A stretch of DNA of 64,000 bases from Trueperaceae bacterium (GTDB lineage Bacteria; Deinococcota; Deinococci; Deinococcales; Trueperaceae), in assembly GCA_965215565.1 (NCBI GenBank), contig CBDCDZ010000004.1, positions 2,432,001 to 2,496,000 of the forward strand, given 5' to 3'. Under the pieces are notes generated by a model. The model made no database searches, was not told the origin of the DNA, and was given only the letters and a program-made list of their open reading frames with translations. Made by a program: the position numbers and the translations under genes. Positions 55,728 to 64,000 of this stretch are shown here, one piece after another (positions within the stretch are counted from its first letter, which is position 1; every line of letters starts with the position of its first letter).

Positions 55728-58700
55728 CTAATCCGGCGCGTTCAGCACCCGCACCCTGCGCGTCTGCTCGACTACCGTGCCGTCCTCTCTCGTGGCGAGA
55801 AAGAGAAGGTCGTAGACGGCGTCATCGGCAGCGGCGACGACAGGGAGCTGCGCTTCGTATCGCCCCGGCTCGACTTCGGTGAGTTGCACGTCGCCTAGGG
55901 GGCTTTGCACGCTCACGTCAGCCGCTCCGAAAAGGGGTGTAGCGGAGAGGTCTAAGGCTTCTCCAGCGCGCACCGGACCGTCAGCGGCGGCGTCTAAAAG
56001 TGCGATGTCGGGGTCAATCACGAGCTGGCCCCGGCGGCTCGCCGTTTCAGCGCCGCGCCGCGCGCTGACCTCGAAGGGGTAGACGCCGGGCGGAGTGTCT
56101 TGAGGCACTACGACGCGCCCAAGCCACACATCGCCCCGCAGCGAGAGGCTGCTTGGGCCCGCTGCCGCGCTCACGCTCACCTCGTCCGCGTCGCCTTGAA
56201 CCCTCACGCTGACGAGCGGCGCAGCGCCGGGCGGAACGCGCTCGGTATCCAGCGTGACGCGGCGCACGCGCAGCGCCGACGAGCCGAAACTCCGCGCTCT
56301 AGTGCGGGCGGGCTGCAGCAGAAAGGTGACCTCGGTGACTTCGCCTGCTCGCATCGCGAGTTCGCGCGCGCTTTCGGCTATAAGGATGCTGCCAACAGGA
56401 TAGCTCATGAGTTGCAACGTTCCTTCGCCGGGCAGGAGACCTCTCGCCGAAAAGTTGCCCTGCTCGTCCGTGTTGAGCGAGCGGTAGAGCCCTTCAGGGT
56501 CGACGAGGAGCAGCCGGGCGGCTAAGCCGCGCGCGGGCGTGTCGGCGACGCCGTCCGCATCCGCGTCCTCGAGCACCCGCCCTCTAAGCGCCGCCGTCCG
56601 CACGAGGCGGAAGTCGTGCGTCGCCGTCTCCCTGAGCGCCACCTCCACGGAGACCGCATCCTCGCCCAACAAGCGGTAGGTGATCGGCAGACTTCCTAGC
56701 TCGAGGTTCACCTTATAGGTGCCGGGCGCAACTTCGGCGTGGTAGCGTCCCTCTTTGTCGGTCAGCAGCCTAAAGCGCCCGACTTTCACCTCAGCGCCCG
56801 CGAGCGGACCCGCGTCCGAGCGCACGACGCCCCCCACGCTACCGACGCGGCGACCTCCAGCAAGCTCGCTCACCGCGCGCGGCACGGGGATGTCGAAGGC
56901 GTAGTCGCTCGAGAGAGACAGCCCGAACGTCAAGGGCGCAGTGGCGTCCGCCGCGTAGCTGTAGCTCGCGTTGCCCGCCACGTCGACGCGCCACGGTCCG
57001 CTGTACCAGACCGTTCCTGCGTTGAGCCCTAGCTGCTTTTCGGAGAGGTTCCAGGTGCCGTTGCCAAAGAGCGTAAGCGGCGTGAACGTCGTCTGCAGTT
57101 TGAGGTCAAACTGACCGTCTAGGTGCGCGGTGCGCGGATAGTAGGTCAGATTACCGCCGAAGCTGTAGTAGTCTTCGCGGCTCTGCGACAGGCGCGCCGA
57201 CGCGCCTAAGCCGAGCCCGTCCGCGCCGTACACCACACCGAAGCGCGACTCCGTGCGCCACACTCGGGCGAGAGGTCCGTCGTCATACTGCAGCCTCGCG
57301 AAACCCTGCTGAGAGCCTATCTCTAAGCCTAACGTAAATTCACCGAGCGCAGACGGCACCTCACCGAGAACGGCGTCAAAGATAGAGTCAAGCACCAAAC
57401 GGTCCTGCAGACCGACGCTCCACTGCGCCTCGGTAGCGCTACCAGGGGGCGTCTCGTCTGAGGCGTCCTCACCGTTAGACTCTTCGCCGTCAGACCCTTC
57501 ACTAGAAGGTCCCTCGCTTAGAAACCAGTTGCCGCTGGCGTAGAGGTGCTCGCTCGCCCCATAAAGGTCAAGGCGTGCGGAGAGCGCCGCGTCTTCACCC
57601 AGGAACTGTGCGAGTTTGAACTGGCCCTCGAGCGTCCCTATGGAGGAGACGGTTTCCGCCTCGAGAGACAGATCGAGGGCGTCACCGTAGCGAGCGTTCC
57701 CTGCCAAGCTGAACGTGCCCAGGTCAGCGCCGCCCCGCACGCTGACCTGCACGCCGCCCCTTTCGACGCCGAGCCCGCCCGCCACCGCGACGTCTTCATC
57801 TCGGTACTCGCCCGCCAGATAGCCCGATGCGGTGTCCGTCAGCCCGCCCAACGCGCCCGCTACCGACCAGCGCGGCGCATAATAACTTCCCGACACGCCG
57901 ACGCCCGCTGTCAGACTCAAGCGATAAGGATCACTCGCGCCGCCGCCTAATTTTGCCGTCCAAGCTTCGTGGGTGAGCGAAGCGTAAGAACTCAGCGCGT
58001 CTTTAGCGTCCAGCCTCGCGTTCAAGGTCACGAAGTCGGAGAGGGAGCCCTCCACATTGAGTCCACCTCTCCACCCTTCGGTACCCAAGCTCGCGGAGGC
58101 GTCCGCTGCCAGCGCGAAGGGCGGCGGCTGCGGCGTGCCGAAGCGCGTCACCGAGAGCGTTTTGCGAACCTCCGTACCCTCTCTATCCTGCGCCGTTAAA
58201 ACGAGCGTATAGCGTCCTTCGCGCGGCACCTCGAGCCGCAAATCCAGCCGCTCCTGCGGCGCAAGCTCGCGCTCACGCGCCGCTAAAACCTCGTCTCTTT
58301 GGCGCAGCTCGAGGCGCGCTTGACTCCTCACATTACCCCGGTTGATGAGCGTGACGCTAAACCCCTCACTCAGCACGATTGCCTCGGGCGCTTCTAAATC
58401 CAACGATAAGCGCTCGCTCACGGTGACGCCGGTCTGAGCTTCGCTGCCGCCAAGCTCGAGCGTCACAATATTCTCTGTAAAAGCGGGTGCGTCGTTAGGA
58501 ACAGCTAACGTGAGGGCAACCGGACGGCTCCGCCCCGGCTCCAACGTCAGCGTGCCGGGCTGACGCAAGATTTGCCAGCCCAAAGACGAACGCGCCTCCG
58601 CCTCGACCTTCAGCGACTCCGCTCCCGGCGTCTGCGCGCGCGGAGCTTCTACGCGGAAAACCAGGGTTACGTAGTCACCTGGCGCGGCGAAACGGCTGTT

Positions 58701-58841
58701 GGGCGGCGTTAAGGTAAGAGACCCAGCTTGCGCCGCGCCGACGCCCGCCGAGATGAGAAGCCAAGCTAAGCTAAAAAAAACGAGGACGCGCCGCGCCGCT
58801 ACGCCTCTCCAGAAGAGCGTGACACCGAAAGCGCCCCTCAT
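55728..58841 (-). CDS. Large secreted/outer-membrane protein: Ig-like domains, beta-rich core, CnaB/SdrD-like domains (candidate usher)
   Basis: Signal peptide; central Gly/aromatic alternating beta strands; TDKEGRY and GRVLEDADADG...TDEQGNF prealbumin-like domains; converges on the pilin operon. Confidence 0.55.
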   Translation of the reverse strand: MRGAFGVTLFWRGVAARRVLVFFSLAWLLISAGVGAAQAGSLTLTPPNSRFAAPGDYVTLVFRVEAPRAQTPGAESLKVEAEARSSLGWQILRQPGTLTLEPGRSRPVALTLAVPNDAPAFTENIVTLELGGSEAQTGVTVSERLSLDLEAPEAIVLSEGFSVTLINRGNVRSQARLELRQRDEVLAARERELAPQERLDLRLEVPREGRYTLVLTAQDREGTEVRKTLSVTRFGTPQPPPFALAADASASLGTEGWRGGLNVEGSLSDFVTLNARLDAKDALSSYASLTHEAWTAKLGGGASDPYRLSLTAGVGVSGSYYAPRWSVAGALGGLTDTASGYLAGEYRDEDVAVAGGLGVERGGVQVSVRGGADLGTFSLAGNARYGDALDLSLEAETVSSIGTLEGQFKLAQFLGEDAALSARLDLYGASEHLYASGNWFLSEGPSSEGSDGEESNGEDASDETPPGSATEAQWSVGLQDRLVLDSIFDAVLGEVPSALGEFTLGLEIGSQQGFARLQYDDGPLARVWRTESRFGVVYGADGLGLGASARLSQSREDYYSFGGNLTYYPRTAHLDGQFDLKLQTTFTPLTLFGNGTWNLSEKQLGLNAGTVWYSGPWRVDVAGNASYSYAADATAPLTFGLSLSSDYAFDIPVPRAVSELAGGRRVGSVGGVVRSDAGPLAGAEVKVGRFRLLTDKEGRYHAEVAPGTYKVNLELGSLPITYRLLGEDAVSVEVALRETATHDFRLVRTAALRGRVLEDADADGVADTPARGLAARLLLVDPEGLYRSLNTDEQGNFSARGLLPGEGTLQLMSYPVGSILIAESARELAMRAGEVTEVTFLLQPARTRARSFGSSALRVRRVTLDTERVPPGAAPLVSVRVQGDADEVSVSAAAGPSSLSLRGDVWLGRVVVPQDTPPGVYPFEVSARRGAETASRRGQLVIDPDIALLDAAADGPVRAGEALDLSATPLFGAADVSVQSPLGDVQLTEVEPGRYEAQLPVVAAADDAVYDLLFLATREDGTVVEQTRRVRVLNAPD

Positions 58842-59132
58842 CTTTGGAAAGCGCTAGTTGCGAACACGTGTAACCAAGAGGCAACAACATAAGGGGGCAC
58901 GTTACTAAGCTCCGCGACGCAGCTAAGAGCGCGACGAGCGTCCCAGGTGTTGCAGTTGGACGCATATAATAGGTAGGCGTAAGCACGCTGAAGCGCCGCT
59001 CTAAAGTTGGAGAAGATGAGCTTCGTCATAAGAAAACGCAGCCTAAGAGATACGCTTCCCTATATATAGCAACGCTGGCGCGCTACTCGCGTGAAGATTT
59101 GCCCCTTGCGGGGCGGGAATTTTACACTTTTA

Positions 59133-59292
59133 TAGCAAGCATCGTCTGGTTTGAGCTAGTCTTACATTAGAGAACATTGCGAGGTAAAGTCCCGCTAGCC
59201 TTAGCAGGCTGAGACTTTCGCCAGGATCAAAACTTCGTCTCTGCGAGCTTTCAAAAAGCGTGATTCAAGCTCAGTGTTTACGTGAACTGCTG
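59133..59292 (-). mobile_element. TAGCAG/CTGCTA miniature repeat element, copy 7 (compound: 59133-59197 and 59202-59292)
   Basis: TAGCAAGCATCGTCTGGTTTGAG matches the family right end; TAGCAGG...GAACTGCTG second unit. Confidence 0.7.
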
Positions 59293-59419
59293 TATAGCTT
59301 TAGGCCATAGGACAAGTCGTAAACATGAGAAAGCGCGAGCATACAAACCTATCTATATACCCGTATAAATTTCACCCATAGCCCGAGCCGACGCCCCGGC
59401 TCTGAACTAAAGCAGGGGT

Positions 59420-59650
59420 TCAGACTGCAGAAACGAGTGCGAGTTGGCGCTCACATTCGGTTGCAAACGCGCCGCAAGCCTCGATGTCATCATGGGTCAG
59501 TTCGGGATAGCGTCTCAAAATGTCCTCTTCGCTTAGACCCGTGGCAAGGTAGCCCAGCACTTGATACACCGTGACCCTCGAGTTGCGAATACAGGGTTGA
59601 CCGCCTCGTTCATTCAGGTCGATAACAATATGATCTCTATAGTTAGTCAT
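59420..59650 (-). CDS. DUF433 family protein (putative antitoxin)
   Basis: GGQPCIRNSRVTVYQVL..LA.G.SEEDIL..YPEL..DDI.AC. Confidence 0.88.
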   Translation of the reverse strand: MTNYRDHIVIDLNERGGQPCIRNSRVTVYQVLGYLATGLSEEDILRRYPELTHDDIEACGAFATECERQLALVSAV

Positions 59651-59862
59651 TCACGCAAATCCAATCCGCTGCAGGAACTGAAAGGTTGGTTCGTTCACCA
59701 TTCAGAGTAAAGATTCTGCACCTTGCAGAATCATAATTTCATGGTGCATCATACGCATCTCATCTTTTAGAAATGTGATAGCTCTTCAATTTGCAACTTC
59801 AACGAACATACTGCGAAACGAACACCAAATGTGTCTTGAGCACCAAAGTAAAGTACACCACA

Positions 59863-59970
59863 GACCTCGGGGCGGTCACCGAGACAGAAGTTCGAGGGGT
59901 GGGAAGACTCACTTTCGTCTACATGATCGATCCAGAAGAGAATATCCTCGAGCTTCAGCGCTGGTCTTGA
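59863..59970 (+). pseudogene. C-terminal fragment of a VOC/glyoxalase family gene
   Basis: Manual translation DLGAVTETEVRGVGRLTFVYMIDPEENILELQRWS*; no matching N-terminus upstream. Confidence 0.6.
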
Positions 59971-59982
59971 AGCATTAGGGTT

Positions 59983-60438
59983 TCAGAGTTTTTTCGTCAT
60001 AAATACGCTGTTGGGGTCATTGGTGTAGCCCGCGAACGGTCCCCGGTAGCCGAAGCCGCGCCTCTCGTACAGATCTCTCGCTGGCGCGAACTCCGGCTGA
60101 GACCCTGTTTCCAAATTTAGAGAGGTGTACCCGCGCCGCGCCGCTTCTCGGAGGATACGTTCTAGAATTTTAGAACCAACCCCTTTACCCCTATGCGCCG
60201 CAGCCGTGCGCATAGATTTGATTTCACCCGTTTGTGCGTCCAACGCTTTGAGCGCGCCGCAGCCGAGCAGTTCATCCTCTTCCCACGCGGACCAAAAGGT
60301 GACTTCAGGCGAGCGTAGCCCTCCAAGACCCAGCGCGTGGACGCTCTCGGGCGGCGAAATCGCGCGCATATTGTCGAGATGTTCTCGGAGAAAGGTGATG
60401 GTCCTCTCCCCGGTCAGATCGTCTTCGCGGATGTGCAC
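59983..60438 (-). CDS. GNAT acetyltransferase (YedL-like)
   Basis: SPPESVHAL, GEIKSMRT, RGKGVG, LETGS, FG; GTG start behind GAGG (the longer ORF call runs into a repeat element). Confidence 0.88.
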   Translation of the reverse strand: MHIREDDLTGERTITFLREHLDNMRAISPPESVHALGLGGLRSPEVTFWSAWEEDELLGCGALKALDAQTGEIKSMRTAAAHRGKGVGSKILERILREAARRGYTSLNLETGSQPEFAPARDLYERRGFGYRGPFAGYTNDPNSVFMTKKL

Positions 60439-60477
60439 GCTGCTCACCTCTTCTGCTCGTCGGGCGTTTGTCCTAAA

Positions 60478-60651
60478 CTGCAGGTACCATCTGGTCTGAA
60501 ACACTCTTACTATGATGAACGGCGTTTCGTTCTGCGAAAACTCCGTCCCTACGGGCTTTCAGAAACTAGCACGTACATTATGAAGTGAGATTCCGTTACA
60601 GCAAGCTGTGAAATCTGCGTCCATCTACATCAGTATATTTTGGAAATGCTA
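60478..60651 (-). mobile_element. TAGCAG/CTGCTA miniature repeat element, copy 8
   Basis: CTGCAGGTACCATCTGGTCTGAAACACTCTTAC...CCCTACGGGCTTTCAGAAA...TTTTGGAAATGCTA. Confidence 0.78.
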
Positions 60652-60813
60652 AGGAATTCAATTTTAACCGTCAGCTCGAACCTCTCAAAATACTAGATTC
60701 AACTGCGCCAAGCGCGTGTCGCCGGGGAAAACCGTTTCGTTGGGAGAGGATACTACCGAACCGTGAGACGTTTGGGTATCGAGCTGGGCGCGCGAGGGTG
60801 GCGATACAAAACC

Positions 60814-60841
60814 AGGGCGCAACCGTGTGGTTGCGCCCTAC
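60814..60841. repeat. GTAG-type REP hairpin
   Basis: Minus strand GTAGGGCGCAACCACACGGTTGCGCCCT. Confidence 0.6.
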
Positions 60842-60898
60842 CTTGAACGAATTTTACTACGTGGTATTAGCTCGAGGTCACTCGGTCCCCAGTACGTA

Positions 60899-63181
60899 CT
60901 ACTCCAAGTAGTCCCTAAACTTCGCCGGATTGCCGAACTCGTCACCTTGCAAGACGTACCACATCATGCCCGAGTCGGAGACGTCGCCACGGATGTTCGC
61001 GTCGTCGATGACCTTACCAACCCAGCGCGTGCCCGCGTCACCCGAGCTTTTCATCCACGCCCACGCCTCTTCGCCCACTGAGGTGCCGAGCCCATTCGCG
61101 CCGTTCTGGTCACGAATTGCTTGAAAGTTGAGCCCAGGAAAGTCGCGCTTGATGTCGGCTAGATTGTAGATATTGTCCGCGTCGTCGTGCGTGTCGTTCC
61201 AGTTCGAATGCGAAATCATCGTGACGTGCTGGAACTTTGAGGGGTCCGCCTGAGCGACACCGCGATAGGCGACGCCGTGCGGCCCGGCGACGACGAAGCA
61301 GAGACGGTTCGTGGCGCTCGAGGCGTTGATCGCCTGCGCGATGCTGTTCACCGAGCCCGAGAGGTCGCGCTGATCGTTGTAAATCCTCGACATGTCGTAG
61401 CCGATGCGCCGCGCGGTCTCCTCGACGGACTCGATCATCTGCTGCTCCATGCTCGGGTTGTTATCGCCCAAGTGCGAGCTGTGGTCCCAGTGGGCTAGAC
61501 GTCCTTGCTGACCTCTTTCGGCGAGGAGCAGCAGGGCCAGCGCAGACGCGCCGATGTCGTCGGGGTCGTGCTGGTTGCCGTCCGAACTCCAGGCGATTCG
61601 TTTGCAGTCGTAGTCTAGCTCGGGACCGAGATTGCCGGGCTCGGGCTGTGGGTCAGGTTGTGGACTTGGTTGTGGATCAGGTGACGCCTCGCCCGCTGCG
61701 GTAGGTCTCCAGAGGCTAGCGTCGTCCCTCTGACCTGTATTCCAAGCCACCTCGCCCGCTGCGACTAGAAAGCCTCGTCCTGCCTCGACGTTGTCGAAAC
61801 GGTAACCGTTTCCTTCCTGGACGACAGTCCAGCGCTTGTCAGCGCCGTCTGGCGCAGCTTCAGCCGTCCAGCGTACATCTCCGTCGGGGCGGGTGTCGAG
61901 CGCACCTCGGCCCGGAAGTTTATTAACGATGAGGTAGCTGCCGCCACCTGCGGGGACAAACTTGAAGTAGCTGTTGTCATCGCGGCTCTCAGCCTCGAGG
62001 AAGAGACCGTTCTCGGCGTCGGTGCTTAAAAGCCCCCCTTGCTGAACGTTCTCGAGGGTGTACCACGTGTCCGTCTGCGGAAATGAACCAGGCTCGGGCG
62101 AATCGACAGGATCAGAGGGCTCGGTAGGACCTGATGGGCCGTCGGCGCAGCGGTTCCTGATGGCGTCCTCTTGGGTAACGGAGTCGTGATAGAGAACGAT
62201 GCGGTCAATCTGATGTCCGTGCGAGCGCCCCGCGAGCTGCATCGTATAGGTGCCGGGTTCGCTAAAGTCGATAGCCATCTCACTCTTCTGGTGATTTTGG
62301 TCCGCTGTTGCTCCATAGTTAAATGAACCCTTCCCATTCCCAAACACCTTGATGAAGCCACCGTAGCTGCCGCCCCCGACCGGACCGAAGCGAGCCGCGT
62401 CCGGGAAGTTGACCCAAGAGTCGTTCGCCTTGTCGCCCGCTACGTCGTCAGGTTGCCGCATCGCCCAGGTAAAGCGGTACGTTCCGACTTGTTGAATTTC
62501 GAGCGCCACATCTACTACATCCGCTGGTTGCCCATTGTTCGCCTCTTTACTGAGCCCAAGCCACGTGGCGTACGCTCCGCCGCTCGCCGCGCCATCATTC
62601 ACAACTTGCCAAGCGCCCGTCAGCGGCAGCGACTCCGCCTCTAGCGTGGTAACCGAACATCCTTCGGGCGCTGGCGAGGGTTCCGGCGTAGGCGCTGGCT
62701 CGCTGGGTTGCCCAGGATTCGGGTCAGGCTGTGCGCCTGCCTCCACCACCTCGAAGCTGAGCTTTTGCGGCGTGCCCGCCTCTCCGCCCGCATTCTCAGA
62801 CGAATAGGGCGTCGCCGTCAGCTCATAAGAGCCCAGCTCCGGCGTCCAATCCATGTAGTCGCCCGCCGTATCGCCCGCTAGGGCATATGGCGCGTCACTT
62901 TCCGTGCGCACATCCTCACCGTTGAGCGTAAAGCGCACGCTGCCCGTCAGGTCCATATTCGCGCGGATGTTGAGTTGCCGCGTCGGTAGAGCGCTTAACT
63001 CGAGCGTCGCCCCTTGCATGATCGGGTCAAAGCCCGCGATGGGCTGATCGCTTCGCGCGTCAATTAGAGTAAAGCTCGAGGCGTTCGTCGGGTCTAGCCC
63101 ATCTAGCGCAGTCTGCTGGCACGCGAGCAATCCCAGCGCGATGAGCAAAAACGCTGCGAGAGGTGTGAAAACCCTACGCAT
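60899..63181 (-). CDS. Multidomain lipoprotein: Ig-like, CBM-like, beta-trefoil-like and nucleoside-hydrolase-like domains
   Basis: Lipobox LLAC; four domains separated by Pro/Glu/Gln linkers; C-terminal SSDGNQHDPDDIGA Asp-rich motif. Confidence 0.7.
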   Translation of the reverse strand: MRRVFTPLAAFLLIALGLLACQQTALDGLDPTNASSFTLIDARSDQPIAGFDPIMQGATLELSALPTRQLNIRANMDLTGSVRFTLNGEDVRTESDAPYALAGDTAGDYMDWTPELGSYELTATPYSSENAGGEAGTPQKLSFEVVEAGAQPDPNPGQPSEPAPTPEPSPAPEGCSVTTLEAESLPLTGAWQVVNDGAASGGAYATWLGLSKEANNGQPADVVDVALEIQQVGTYRFTWAMRQPDDVAGDKANDSWVNFPDAARFGPVGGGSYGGFIKVFGNGKGSFNYGATADQNHQKSEMAIDFSEPGTYTMQLAGRSHGHQIDRIVLYHDSVTQEDAIRNRCADGPSGPTEPSDPVDSPEPGSFPQTDTWYTLENVQQGGLLSTDAENGLFLEAESRDDNSYFKFVPAGGGSYLIVNKLPGRGALDTRPDGDVRWTAEAAPDGADKRWTVVQEGNGYRFDNVEAGRGFLVAAGEVAWNTGQRDDASLWRPTAAGEASPDPQPSPQPDPQPEPGNLGPELDYDCKRIAWSSDGNQHDPDDIGASALALLLLAERGQQGRLAHWDHSSHLGDNNPSMEQQMIESVEETARRIGYDMSRIYNDQRDLSGSVNSIAQAINASSATNRLCFVVAGPHGVAYRGVAQADPSKFQHVTMISHSNWNDTHDDADNIYNLADIKRDFPGLNFQAIRDQNGANGLGTSVGEEAWAWMKSSGDAGTRWVGKVIDDANIRGDVSDSGMMWYVLQGDEFGNPAKFRDYLE

Positions 63182-63584
63182 GTGCTTCCCCTTTAACGAT
63201 GACGTGATAGATGATGTTCATGATTCAACCCTCCAGAGTCGATAAGCCGCCTGCAGACGCACCAGGGCGTCACAGCGCCCGCACCTCGGCTTTCAAGTTG
63301 AGGGTAGCAGTTGCACCTCACCTCGAGAGGCGTCAAGGTGCGTTCTGTGAGGCTCACCGGGGAGGGTACTAGGCGCACGCAAAAGCGGCGTGAGCGTGAT
63401 AAAACCGGCGCTACCTCGTGCCAAACGGAACACCTCTTACTGTATAAAGCTTCGAGGCGTTCGGCTCCGACTGCGCATTGACTGGTGGGAAATACTTGGG
63501 GAGGCGCTGCTCGGCGCATAACGATGTGAGCTTTCATTAAGGACGTCGCCCGCTCCTTTTCATTCCGGCTCGGACTATAGTTTC

Positions 63585-63878
63585 TTGATCGTGACGCGAA
63601 GAGTCCTCGAGTTCACAACCAAGCTTGGCGTCGCGCTACTACACATCGTCACCGCTTACCTGTCGCTTCTACTCGGGCTTGTCTACCTCGTCCGGTGGAC
63701 GGGCGTCGCCGAAGTCGCCGCTATCGTTGCGCTCTTCATCTCGCTGCCTATCCTCATCGTCGGGATACTCAACCTGTCGTTCGACGGCTACAGGCGTATT
63801 CCGCCCCTCGGGTGGGTGGGGGTCAGCATGATGCTGGCGGCGGGTGTGTTTCTGCTTGCGCTTATTCTTGTTTTTTGA
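63585..63878 (+). CDS. Small three-TM hypothetical membrane protein
   Basis: Three hydrophobic segments; TATAGT just upstream; start uncertain. Confidence 0.55.
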   Translation: MIVTRRVLEFTTKLGVALLHIVTAYLSLLLGLVYLVRWTGVAEVAAIVALFISLPILIVGILNLSFDGYRRIPPLGWVGVSMMLAAGVFLLALILVF

Positions 63879-64000
63879 CCTCGAGAACAACTACTTTGCT
63901 GAGACTAAACCGTTTTGCGCTCGCATCTTTTTGGGAAACGCTTTGCCCTTACGAATGCGTTTAATCTTGCGCCTCATGCGCCGACTTTGTAGAACGACTA

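Overview
A GC-rich (~60% by eye) bacterial chromosomal window, most consistent with Deinococcota (Truepera-like). This assignment is inferred from several apparently leaderless genes, class II c-di-GMP riboswitches, and an rpmH-rnpA-yidD-yidC-jag operon with no adjacent dnaA. The window holds housekeeping genes (lspA, prmC, large NAD-GDH, endonuclease III, suhB, queuosine salvage) and signalling genes (REC-thioredoxin reductase plus cNMP kinase, CheB/CheR-PAS-GAF kinase, Pat acetyltransferase, Crp). It also holds a surface glycan/lipoprotein locus (17.7-31 kb) and three decayed genes (an internally deleted VapC, a frameshifted Nudix, a VOC fragment). The best candidate for a new system is at 51.1-58.8 kb. 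Three c-di-GMP-II riboswitches (two in tandem) precede four secreted paralogous pilin-like proteins and a PapD-like chaperone, converging on a 1037-aa usher-like protein, which suggests a divergent chaperone-usher-type fimbrial system under riboswitch control. The intergenic DNA carries at least 8 copies of a mosaic TAGCAG...CTGCTA miniature element, 2 copies of an IS1-like MITE (one with a perfect 8-bp target duplication), and GTAG-type REP hairpins. The palindrome CTCGAG appears strongly over-represented. All calls are by eye, without database searches.
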